This document shows positions 1-13,406 of a DNA stretch of 64,000 bases, one piece after another. Below the pieces are notes generated by a model. It had not been told where the DNA came from, did not search any database, and worked only from the letters and a program-made list of their open reading frames with translations. The stretch covers positions 1,761,620 through 1,825,619 of the forward strand of contig BDGG01000004.1 in the NCBI GenBank assembly GCA_001949185.1, given 5' to 3'. A program made the position numbers and the translations under genes. This stretch comes from Ramazzottius varieornatus (taxonomy: Eukaryota; Animalia; Tardigrada). The stretch's first letter is position 1. Every line of letters begins with the position of its first letter.

Positions 1-2940
1 TGTTCGTCATGCCTCTGATCGAGAAATTGGCGGACCTCCAGCCAGTGGCAGTCGTCCTTCCCGAAACTGAGGTGCTGGAACTGCTGGAAGAACAGCCCAT
101 CTTTCCATTAGAAGAAGAGGATGTACAAAACGAGACCGTAGAACGGGCGTTACTGTTGTCCGTAACGGAGATCGATACTGTCCAGACGAAAATTATCAGC
201 GCTCTGGTCTGGTTGGCGGAAGACTTGGGGCCGGTTCTTTGTGCTCGCTTCATCACGGGGAACCTCCTGAAGTCCCTGTCCTTGTGTTATGTGGATCCGG
301 ACGGACTGAGTCCAACAAGCACGAGCAACATGGTAAGTAGCAGTAAATCTTTCCTATATGCTGGATTGGAAACGTTCTTTTTTCATACCTTGAAGCAATG
401 TCTGGTCATTGGTATTTGAGATAATGTTTGCCCGCAGGAAGGTCTCGGAAGGTCGAAGTTGGCTGGAGATATGGCAGCTCTAGGAGTAACTGAGGCCCTG
501 CTGCAGGTTACATTGGTGTATGGGCGTTCCTTCATTTGGAACCAGTACTTTCCATATGCCGCCGAGCTAGCGAAGGACGCTTTGCGAAACTTGACGTCTC
601 TCAACGCAGCGGGTCTTCTGGGCTGTATGGAAATGATGTTCCTCCTACTGTCGGAAGAGAGCGGAACGATACCGGACGACATCCTTGTGGACAATCTGCC
701 CTCTCAGATTGTCAACGAAATACTACTCCCGGTGGTGAAGCTCTTGACCAGCACATCACACTTGTTCCCTCTAGGTTCGTCATCGGCGTGCTCCACTATT
801 CCTTGTAGCAAATATTGGGTGCGCTTGTTGTAGGAACCGTCGCAAGGAAAATTCTGACAACGAAATGGACCGATTTGATCTACGTGCTGTCAAACAGGAT
901 CGGGCGAGAAGAGGCCAGAAAAGACTTCACCGATCCTCTACTAGTCACTTTCTTCAGTGTATTTTCTCGGCTTTACGAGAACCAGCCCGCAGACACTGTA
1001 GACGATTGTTTTCCGTCGGTTACGGAAGGCCGCGAAGTTCGCGAGAACATGTCCTCTGCGCCGACCCAGCATTCGTTCGGATCGCCATTCGTGACCATCG
1101 ATAGGGACTCTCTCAGTGGCGAGCTGAAGGTCGGGAGCCCTGTTGCAGCATCACTGGATTCCATCCCGACCAGTCCGGAACCACCAAGAGGTAATGTGCT
1201 TATTCGTTACGAGAACATCAAGTCGCTGCTAACACAGTTTGCCATTCTTCCAGTTGTCGTACCATATGAGCAGAACGAGACCGATGTCATCGCTGAGCTC
1301 AAAGAGGTCTTCACAGAAAGCTTGGCGTTTGACACATATGTCTGCTTCTGCCGGCTCTTGGGTCAACTTCATATGAACGAAAAGCTGATCAATGGCGACC
1401 TGCTGCATGAGATTTGTAGTAACCGCGCTCCAGACACGCAGAAGGTTTCTCAGTCGGTTCCGGTTCCTTCTCGTACGCCGATCGCTCTGCAGAGCTCGAG
1501 CCACAACGTTGTCGCGCCCGTACGAGTCCACAGCAACAACAGGTCGGCCAACACTCCCGCAGCGATGCCCCTTTCTCCAAGGACCGAGTAAGTAGACCAT
1601 AAATAGGCTGCTGCCCTTACGCACCGAAATATTTCTTGTCATACCCTTTTGGTCCTCACAAATGTTCTGAATTCCTACAGAGAGCACCAGACTCAGCCTA
1701 CTGCTGCCTCTGTAGTAGACCGAAGACTAGAGGGTAACTGGCTGGCTCACTGGCAGTACGAACTCGGCCATGGACGTCCCGGCGTATCATGGGATATCAA
1801 ACAAATTCCACTGCAGACGTTTACGTGTAGGTTGACTAACCCAAATTTTTATTTCTTTTCTGTCTTTTCCATTGCCTCGTAAAAGCATAATTCAGTTAGC
1901 TGATGCGATGACTTTTGTAGCTCATTCCGGTCAAGTGAAGTCTATCCTAGTTCTGGATAGCGAGAACAGCTTCATCAGTGGAGGGAAAGACAAGACTGTT
2001 CGCCTATGGAACATTCGTAGCTCAGGTTCAGGCGACCGGATATCACAAGCCGAGGGACTGTACGTTGAACACAAGAGGCCCGTGTCCGACATCTGCTTCT
2101 TGGCCAGAGAAAGACAGATAGCATCATCGGATGGCGTAGTCCACTTGTGGGACCCCTGGACGATAACCACGCTGGGGCGTATCGATCTGCTCTCGCCGGC
2201 CATCTGTGTAGATTGTTCCGCGGCGCCCAGCAGTGTCTTGTTCGTGGGACACGGTAGTGAGCAGACCTCATTCGTGTCGAGGTTTGACGTACGGGTCAAG
2301 ACTTCAGCTACGTACTCGGGAAGGTTCATCGTGACGGTACCGAGCAGCACAGAGTCCGTGCTCCGCGCGCTGGTCGTCTCTCCGGATGACACGTGGTTCG
2401 CCTGCGGCTTCTCGTCCGGTAACATCACTGTGGACATTTTTTATTTGATAAAAACTGGACAATCCTCTGAACAACTCTGTTGCATGCGGGACAAGTGGTG
2501 TTTTTGCAGGTATAATCTCGGTGTTTGACCAGAGAACCGGAATGCTGTTCGCCACATGGAAGCCCTACGACCACGACGTCCAAGAGCTTCAAGCGATCAC
2601 TGGCTCCGTTCTGGCTTCTGTCGGACTGGACAACGATATTTCCTTATGGGATATCAAGCGAGATGTGGATGACAGACTGCTGTGCAAGATCGAAGGCTTC
2701 TCTGACTCGATCCTCAAAACCGTCTTGACGAAAGAAGGTGACGAGGCAGATGCGCTAGTTCTGATGAACGGAAGTCGGGTAGGCGTGGCGGCTGATATCC
2801 TCCACGGCGCCAGCGAAGTCGTCACGACCAAGGTGCGCCACGAATCACTAAAGGGACATTTCTCGACCATGACTGTCCTGCCGATGAACCGTCAGATTCT
2901 TTTAGGAAGTGAAACTGGTCACATTTTATTGATGTGTTGA
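1..2940 (+). CDS. WDR81: WD repeat-containing protein 81-like (BEACH/WD40 family), 3' part; 5' end lies outside the window
   Basis: Spliced ORF fragments include WLAEDLGPVLCARFITGNLLKSLSLCY, RRLEGNWLAHWQYELG, IKQIPLQTF, HSGQVKSILVLDSENSFISGGKDKTVRLWNI and further WD40 repeats ending ILLGSETGHILLMC* at 2940, all typical of the WDR81 C-terminal half. Confidence 0.85.
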
Positions 2941-3376
2941 CTCTTTTGCCTTATTGGCGCCTTTGTAAATATTCACTCGCTGTTTTAACGTTTTATTCGT
3001 TCACAATGGTTTACTTCCCTAATCGGCTGTGATACACGGCAATACTTTTGATTTTTACGGTGATATTTTTCCAATGCAGACTTTTATACCGATTTCTTTT
3101 GGACATCCGCTACCGAATCGTCGTTTTGCTGGAAAATAGTTCGAAACAAAAATATGGATATACCTCTACAACAGCTGAAGTTACGGGTTCCGAACGTTGG
3201 ACCACGTAAACCGACGAAACGATGATTTTGAATTAATCACACGCTAACACTGCTCAACCGCCCACGGAACAGAGTGCGAATAAATTAAAACCAACCAAAA
3301 CGCTCTTTCGCTTTCGGAAACTCGAACGGATGATTATTTGAATGTGGCGACAGGCATTTTATGGTCACGTTCCTCG

Positions 3377-5311
3377 TCAAGGAAGTCCAGCTTTATCGCG
3401 ACACTTCTGTATGAGCGCGCGCTGCATGAACTGCCGTCGGGAAAGTTCGCGCACATGCTGATAAAAAAAACACAAAACCAGCTCTTCACTGCACCTTATG
3501 CTAGAGAATACCCGGAAGTTCGGATAATCACTCACCTTCAAAAAGACGTCCAAGTCTATCACATTTCGCCTCAGTGCTTCGCCTATGTAGTACATGGCAT
3601 CTTCCAGAGCACTTTCTTCGGCGTACGCGGTGAGCAACCTACATTCGGACACAATGCAAACTCTCAATGGGATCATATTGTGATGGCTGACAGAGAGGAC
3701 CGAGATAACTCACTGTTTGTAGAGCGGGGCTGTCGGTACAATCAGATCATCCACTTCCACCGGGTCCGTGCTGCTCGCCTTGTCTACAGCTGCTCGAAGC
3801 TCGGCGAGCTTGTCCGTGAGAATACAGATATTTGTGTCGGCGATTCTCTGTGTGAAACAATGTACAGTAAGAGAAGTCAGAAGAGTCTGTAAGGGAATGT
3901 TGCGCAGTACCTGTTCCTTGTCCAGCTTCTCGAAAATATCGTCCAGAGTTTTCCTGCCTTTCTTCAGCTCTTCATAGGTCTGCGTTAGAACCGTAATCTC
4001 CCCCTGCAAAAATACAATGACGGACTTAATAAAATAGTACTTAGGCAATGCCTTCCAGCGAGTTCTGCATCTGCAGACTGTCGCACCTGCGCTTCAACCA
4101 CGCTGTCGTTCAGGCGTCGACCGAGCTTTTCCTCCACGGCCGATAACAGCGAAGCTCTGATATGCTCATTCGATATCGTCGCGTTCCGTCCGGAAGAGCT
4201 GTCTATGGGAGAGAAGGCTCCGTAAGGCGATGGCGCAGGAGGGTAAGACGGACTAGCTGCAGCTGCTGGCTGGTTGTATGGGAAGGAAGACCTCGTGGGT
4301 GGGTTGAAGGCGCCTGACGCTGGATAAGCTGGGTTCGTCGCCTCTGTCCGAACTGCGGAAAAAAACAGATCCAGCTTCCGTAATGTAACACTGACTTGAA
4401 TCTTTGAAGGTAACTGCATCCATTTGTGTTACCTGGAGGATACTGTGGGAACACAGGCGGAGGGTTGTACGCGGGATAAGCTGCGGCTGCCGGATACGCT
4501 GGGTAGGCAGGATTAGCTGGCGGTTGTGCAACAGGCATCTGTGGATACCCCGTGTTGTTGTTGACAGTTTGTGGCGATGCTTGGCTATTTCGTGATGCTT
4601 TTTTCGCGTAAACTGGCGGTTCCTCGCTGAAAATCATTACTAAGACGTGGCAACACTCTAACAGATCCGACTTCGCCTGCAAAAGACAAAGAACCCTAGT
4701 CGGAACTGTTCACACTGATGAGGAGGAGCAGAACTCATCTAACTCACATGGTTCCAGTCCGTTAGGTAGGGTAGGTATATCCTCCCATTTTGATCCACAT
4801 GCCTATGAGGACTCTTAATCCTCATATCCGCTGTGGGCTTCACGTAACATAGAGGTGGGTTATATGGGTGGGTGTCCATTATCCACATTTCTACTGGAAT
4901 GTTGTATGTGTTGCCTTTGTAAGTGATCGGAAGGGTCCCCGTCAGGTTCAGGAGTTCGCGGGACAGACCATCCGGGAATACTGCAAAGACAATCGAGCAT
5001 TATTAACCAACTGATTATACGTCGCTGTAGAGGAAAATCGGTTTTGTCCCCTCGCCAATTGGGATGGCCATTGTCCTTACCATATTGCGCTGTCAGTGTT
5101 CTTAGGTCGGGATAATAAGCAATCACTTTCTGGGCATCCTTGGCGGTTAGTTGTGGATACTTATAATACTGGAACAAGAAGGCAAACAATTAAGGCACCT
5201 GCACATCAGAAAGGAACATCGAGGGAAAAATGCGTAATCCAACCACCTCCACAAGATTCTTACTTTCTTCTGCAGTACAGATTCTAGCTCTTTTGGTGGA
5301 TAGCCTGCCAT
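3377..5311 (-). CDS. TSG101: ESCRT-I subunit TSG101/Vps23
   Basis: UEV domain (LLNLTGTLPITYKGNTYNIPVEMWIMDTHPYNPPLCYVKPT), Pro-rich region, HIRASLLSAVEEKL coiled coil, internal PTAP motif (VPTAPLYKQ) and steadiness box (AEESALEDAMYYIGEALRRNVIDLDVFLK / HVRELSRRQF). ATG at 5311. Confidence 0.95.
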
Positions 5312-5325
5312 CGAAGATAGCGAAC

Positions 5326-5382
5326 GGGAACGTAGGCAGGGAACGTAGGCAGGGAACGTAGACAGGGAACGTAGACAGGGAA
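5326..5382. repeat. 13-bp tandem repeat GGGAACGTAG(G/A)CA, about 4.4 copies, just upstream of the TSG101 ATG
   Basis: Directly visible: gggaacgtaggca x2, gggaacgtagaca x2, then gggaa. Confidence 0.9.
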
Positions 5383-5731
5383 ATGGAGATAAGTGCCTCG
5401 TCAGCACAACCACTTTCTGTCAAGGAGGATAAAAACGAATCTTCAGCTTTTAGGCAAGACCAAAGCGCGTACTATCCTTCCGTGCAAGATCCGATGTCAA
5501 CTTCTGGATGACTTCTGAGAAAGAGTAGACTCGCGTGGTGTGGACAGATCACTCGAACGATGATGACCCAATCTGGGTTCTGGATTCTGGAAAATTTGAG
5601 TCTTCAGAGTTCCGAAAATTAAAACCAGATCCTAAAGTTTCAAGCTAGACCCAGGGCCGTGGAGGTCACCAGAACCGAACTGGGCCGACTCTCATCGAAT
5701 TTTCGAGTTCCTTTAGTCTACATTCTACAAG

Positions 5732-5891
5732 TAGTGTTGTCGTAGTTCGATTCATTGAACGGTTAGTCGCGAGTTAAGTCGTGCAAAGTCGCGACTCTAA
5801 AAGTCGTTTTGCATTTCGGTTGACCGTTTTGGAAAACGACTTTCGCGGTCGACCGAGTCAAGTCGAACTAAGTCGAACTACGACAACACTA
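5732..5891. mobile_element. Non-autonomous hAT-type MITE (160 bp)
   Basis: Perfect 19-bp TIRs TAGTGTTGTCGTAGTTCGA (5732-5750) / TCGAACTACGACAACACTA (5873-5891), flanked by an exact 8-bp TSD TCTACAAG (5724-5731 and 5892-5899). Confidence 0.9.
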
Positions 5892-6117
5892 TCTACAAGG
5901 TACGAATAGGTAAAGTTCTATAGTCTTTATGAATCTGTAATTCTGTATGAAACCTATCTTTTCGTGCACTGAGCACGGATGCGGAAGTCAGAAAGTACTT
6001 CGCTAACTTCAGACCATCGATTGACTCGGACGGGGTCCGAGCTACGGAGAACTTCTGTTGTGGAGTACGACCTCTGAACTCTGGGAAACCATCGATTATA
6101 TGACCAGAGTAAGACGA

Positions 6118-8054
6118 ATGGACCTCTTCGACGGCCTTCCGGATCCTTTGTCCAGCGGTGTTGATGTCCCTGTTTTCCAGGACGGATCAGCCAAAGGTAA
6201 CGTTTCCGCAGTTATGTTTCTTTCAGCTTTTACTGCATGCCGTTAAACCCCGGCAGATCCATGGGCTCGAGAACAAGTCATATAATTACCTATTAAGCTC
6301 ATGTTTATACATACGTTATGCAGTGATCAGTTCGGGAAATGCGATCCATGTGACGGGAGAAACTTCAGCGGAACCAGCCGTGGCAAGGAAAAGATCTTTA
6401 CAGCCTGAAGAAGCAAAGTCGGAAGTGGCTAGTGGGGTGGACAACCACACAGCAAAGAAATTTAGGTGCGGGGCTCGTAAGTATACGAACGTGCCTAGCT
6501 GACATACGAGCTCGTCAGTCATACCAGGACAGCGTCGCTGCGCCATAGATGCGCTCCGCATCTTTATCCTAAAAATTTGTTCTCGTTTCAGAGGGAAGTG
6601 CTATGAAAGGATACGTTATGGAAATTCAGGGCGAAAGGGACGATATGGAGGACTTTCATTGCCTGGTGGACACAATTGACGATAGTCGGATCTCTGCACA
6701 TCCCGATATGTATGCGAAGTACCTTTGGCGCACTTGAGCCTGATTCCGTAATGTATGGAGCTTGCTAAATGTTTTACGGGTGATTACAGATGCTCCGCTG
6801 CATTCTACGCGGTCTTCGATGGACACGCTGGCCGTCGCGCGTCGAGATTTGCTTCGGAGAACTTTCTGAACTACTTCTTATCGAGTTTCGCAGCTCGAGG
6901 TAAGTGCAAAGTGTGAGCTTTTCGACAAGAGACTAAGGACGAGTTAGTCTGCGGAACTCCTCCTGTATTAAGGTAGAGTCTTTTGCAGTTGGAAACGCCG
7001 ATCTCGATGCCTCCATAACATCTTGTCTAACGAAATGTTACAAGGCGATGGATGAAGCATTTCTCTCAAAAGCTTCCGCCCAGTAAGTCTTCAGCAGTGG
7101 TTTGCATTGTGAGCTTAAGCTAAAAACGCTACAAGGAATTACGAACCATTTTTCTTCCATTAGTAGACCACCGTTAAAAGACGGGACCACAGCAACCACC
7201 ATCCTCATTGTGAACAATAAAGCTTATGTCGCGAATGTTGGCGACAGCAAAGTGAGCCATTAGCTTTGGGCCCCCGCATATTTTAGTGTAGGTTTTTCCT
7301 ACCTTGATGGAATTGGGCTTTTCCAGGCGGTTCTATGTCGATATGATAAGAACACGAATTCCCACAAAGCTGTTCCTCTTACGGTGGATCATTCGCCGGA
7401 CAAGTACGAGGAGCGTATCCGTATCCAGCAACAAGGCGGTCGCGTAAAGTATGAGTCTCTCCATGTCGTGCCGAAGAGACTATAGGCACTCCGCAAGTCT
7501 TAAAGTCTATACTTATACTGTTATGGACATTCATCTTATTCATTTCAGGGAAGGACGAATAAATGGCATTCTGGAGGTTTCGCGGTCATTAGGGGATCTT
7601 CCGCACAAGAAAGGAACAGGTAAGAGTGTGTACCCTACGTCTCTGTTGTACGAAATCTCGTTTGCCTACTGGGCAACCCATTTTCTCCTTTGTTTGACAG
7701 GTTTGATCTGTACGCCATCCATTCAGAAGTGCCCGATCACGGAGGACGACAAGTTCATGGTGATTGCCTGTGACGGACTGTGGAAGTCCCTGACACCTGC
7801 GGAAGCGATCGATCTGGTCGTGGAATTCATCAAGGTGTGTACTTTAAAGTCTGCGAAATACCGCGAGCGGTAGTATTGGGTATTCCGTTTCCTTGATAAC
7901 TTTGTGTTTGTCTTCACAGGACTGTGATGAAGCGGAGGTGGATACTAGATTTAACGCCGCATGTTCCAAGTTAGTGAAAGAAGCTGTGACGCGACTTAGT
8001 GGCGATAATGTCACAGTGCTCTTAGTTCGCATTTGCCCGCCTCCATCAAGATAA
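6118..8054 (+). CDS. ILKAP: PP2C-family phosphatase, ILKAP-like
   Basis: N-terminus MDLFDGLPDP, then QGERDDMED, FYAVFDGHAGRRAS, DGTTATT, ANVGDSK, LTVDHSP, GILEVSRSLGD, FMVIACDGLWK and SGDNVTVLLV. Confidence 0.9.
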
Positions 8055-8225
8055 AGTAAAACTTCTTGCATTTAGGTTTTATTAGGGGCTTCTGTTGGCT
8101 CTGTTGCGTTTTCGGTTTTAACCCACGTTCACTGATGGCAATTTTGTTTTACTCGTATGTTGGAGATGGATTTGACCTTTTACAAAGTTAACAAGAAAAG
8201 CTTTTCGAGTTTATGGCGCGCGCTC

Positions 8226-10540
8226 TCATGTGTTGGGTGAGGTCTCATCACATGCAGTAGGAATATCTCTTCGGTAGCAAGCAGCGTAATTGACTACGTG
8301 AGCTACAAAATGTTGTTCGTGTACTCCGGAGAACAGATGAGAGTAGGGTCCTTTGGCGTATCTGAAACGAATTGTACATAAGATCACAATCAAAATACGG
8401 CAAGTCACAAAAGGGGTATACCTACATTGGAACATCTTCTCCTAGGTGCATACTCCACTCTGTAGGGACGAAGGCTTGTTGTCTGTAGTCTTTATGTCCT
8501 GGAAGGCAACCTCACGTCGAGACCGTAGATACTATAGGTACTACTATGCAGTGCTCTGACAAAAAGCAACATACGTACCTGTATCTTCCGAAGACAGGTT
8601 GTGTCTCGACGAGTTGACGGGTGCTCCCGGGCCGGAAGCATAGAAAAGAGTAGTGAAGGGTTTCTTGTCAAGGATCTTTGCCGAGTCAGCGAAGCCGAGT
8701 ATCGGCGAGCCTATATGTATGGACGCAAATACTGTGCAGTACTCTACCGGGAACAATGGTCTTTACGCACCTCGCTTCTGGTAGCCAGAAAAGACCAAAG
8801 AATGGGAATGGTCGGCAACAACTATAAAAAGAGGCCGGTGTTAGAGGCGCGGACCTCGATACAAGTTCACAGTGCTGGTACCTATCAATAAAGTATCTGC
8901 ATCGTCCGTTAGGGTATCTGCAAGCTTCACAGCTTTCGCCAACGCGATCGTTTCATGGAGAGCTCTGGCCGCATGTCCTCTGTGATGAGCGTTGTCGATC
9001 AAGGCTCCCTCGACCATCAGGAAGAACCCCTCGGGTCCTTTCTGGAGTACTCGGATGGCTTTCGCCGTCATCTCACTAATCGATGGGTCTTCCGACGTCT
9101 CGTTCCTGTCGATTTCGTAGCCCAACTTATCCGGACTAAACAACCCTAAAGTTCGAATCATCTAGTTTGGTTCGAATCAATTGAATTTGGAAGAATGATT
9201 CGTAATTACCAAACAAAAAGTCCGGTATCGTAGTGTTGTCCAGTAACTGGGAGTGATTCGATATGTACTGCGCGTGCATTCCGGCATCCTCTTTGCCGAC
9301 TTTCCATTTCGCGATGAGGTCCTGACCGTCTTTTCGACGACCGGTTGGACACGAAGCGTTGCTGCATTCAGGCAGAAAGTTGGCACTTCCACCACCAAGA
9401 ATGACCTGAAGAAAAAAACGGATGCTTTTGAATTCCCGAGTACACTTCACCGGAGTTTCCGCGACGCACGTTTAGTCTGTTACCCGGAACGTCGTTTATC
9501 AATTGTAAAGCAATGTCTTTGCAGTAATGACTTCGTTGTTCTCCATCGACATCGACGTCTGCCTGTATAACTCAACCTGCATTACATGAGGACTTGGAGA
9601 TTCGTTGTCGCTTTCGACGTGCAGTTGAGCTAGCAAACCTCCCAGTCTTCTTCGGCACTGTGGGCGTAGAGTGTCGCCGGCGTACTATGAGTGACTCTTG
9701 TTGTTGTCACTACACCAGTCCGTTTCCCTGCAAGTTGGAACGACTTGTTATAGATTTCACACGAAAAAATGAATGGAAACAATGGGGCAAGTGGTCTTGC
9801 ACCATACCGGCGTGTTGAGCCCACGTTAAAAGACCGTCGATGTTGTGGTTCGCGGAGTTCATACAGCGTCCTGGTACGGCGTTGCTGTTCACTCCGACGG
9901 TTTCTGAATTCACCTTTGATTTCAAGCTTGCAATAAATATTTTTACCAGAACAATTGCGGGAAATTACGCGTATATTTGGGAGAGAACGCGCATACCTTG
10001 ACTCCAGAAAACAGGGCGGTGCCGCTGGCAGCTGACTCGGACACCTGCATGTTGTTGGAATAGGGCTGTAAAGTCGAAGAAGTTCAAGATTAACATCACT
10101 TTAGAATGGAATGAATGGAAGTGACTATCCGTGATTTCTGAATGGATGGAAGCAACAGTCTAGTCAAACTTTGGGACTTCACGTGCACCTTGAGCAAGCC
10201 AGTATTTGGAAATTTTTCAAAGTAGAGATATCCCTCCTCGCCGGTGGTATTCTCGAGCTGTCCCTCCAGAATACGAGCTGCACTGATAGTAGCTAATCCC
10301 ATTCCGTCACCAACAAACACAATGACATTCTTCGCAATGTTGACGTTAGGACGGTTCCTCAACACTTCCCTCAGATCCTCTTGTCCGATCTTCCACCATG
10401 TTTCCGGATCTGGAATAGCACGATGCAAAGTCAGAGTGCGCAAAATTCTACAATTTGGAAGATTTCCCACCTTCAAGATGAACTAGAGTGACGCTTTGTG
10501 AGAGGATCAGCAACACTAACAGTATACTCCGATCCATCAT
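8226..10540 (-). CDS. Alkaline phosphatase family protein; signal peptide, no evident GPI tail
   Basis: Signal peptide [17 protein letters not shown], then [24 protein letters not shown] (catalytic Ser), [42 protein letters not shown] and [13 protein letters not shown]. Confidence 0.93.
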
Positions 10541-11538
10541 AATTAGGTTTCGGAAGTTTCAATCATGCAGCACAGCCACAGCGCATCCGCAGATTAGATG
10601 CTTCACCAGTAGTGGATCCCCGCAACAACGAAGCGGTCTTGAGGTGGCGAAACAAGCCTCAAGATGCAAAGTTAACGTTTCGTTCGCCAGCGGGATTTGT
10701 AAAATTAGAAAGACTGCTTGAATTTCAGTAGATCTTGTTGATATTCCATCCCTATCGTGGTAGCTGCAAGTCAGTGATACAACGCACACATTCTTGTTTG
10801 GAAGCACAGACTGAGGGCTTCAAAAGTCCAATTTTATCTAATCTTTCAAGATGCATCGAAAGGTTCTCTCCGCTTAAACATATCTTGATCGTGGACTTCC
10901 ACCCCAAATGGCTTGAATCTTTGCGACATGAAAGTCTTGGTTACCTACTTAGCAATTGTTCGACCGGACACCGGTGGAAGCCAAGTGAGAAGACAGTGCT
11001 GTAAGAAGTAAGAAGGTTGTCACATCCTTTTGTCTCACACATACGCGTGCAGAAATACCGCGCAATATCATATGACAGGACATGATGACACACTGTCATT
11101 ACATAACCATAAGGGAACTCCAACTGTATGACATACGCACAAATGGCACCGGGTGTTAATTTCCGCTGGCCTATGGCGGTACTCCGCTTGCCCCGTGATT
11201 CTCCAAATGGGGTGGATGTAGGATGTCAGTGTGATTGCTCTCCGCAGAGTGGCAAATTTCCATTTTAATTTCTTCCCACATCCATCTGGCGATTTGTACT
11301 TCTCCCTCGGTGGACATCTCCTTGTGCGGCACGGATAGCAGCTCTTGTGGCGAGCTTGACGGCGTTGTTACTGCGGTGCCATACCCGGAAGAAGCTTACG
11401 GGCCCCTCTTATCCGATCCATCAGGGTTTAGTGCAGTAGCTACAGTCGCTGTGTTGGAAGGAGGTTTCCCCTTTGTCTTACAAGACTGCGTGATCCCGGA
11501 TACTTTTTTGATCTGAAAGCTCAAAACCAGATCATACA

Positions 11539-12900
<1,362 letters not shown>

Positions 12901-13406
12901 TTGCTTCGCGATCATGACAGTACGGTTATGTTTCAAAGGAATAAGATTGTGTTATAGTGATGATTGTGTTGTAGACCGTGATGGTTATTTTATTCTTGTT
13001 TTAGTTTCATAACGTGCAGTCGAGTCTTCTTCTAGTTATGCTGTACATTCCCAATTCAGATACTCAGAAATTATTGATTGACTTGAAGTGTTTACACATT
13101 GGCGTTCTGTGAAGCAACAATACACCTCGGTGCTTTATGGAAGACGCTCACTTCGTAGCCAAGTCACAATAAAAGATTAACAATCGAGGACGGTGAACAA
13201 TACTCGTGCTAAAACAAGAACATCAACACCGGGAGAGTGGAAATGACAACAAAGACCAGAGCATCTGATACTAAAACGAGGATTTTGATCAGGAAACGGC
13301 AAAACACAGTATCACTATCACGTTTTTTGTGTACTTATTGGCTACGGACATTACGATAACATTTCGTGCATTTGCTCAACCAAGCGGTACACAGCAGTCT
13401 CACCAA

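Noticed and set aside
3338-3892. 184-aa plus-strand ORF
   Set aside because: Antisense to the TSG101 3' exons, with no family features.
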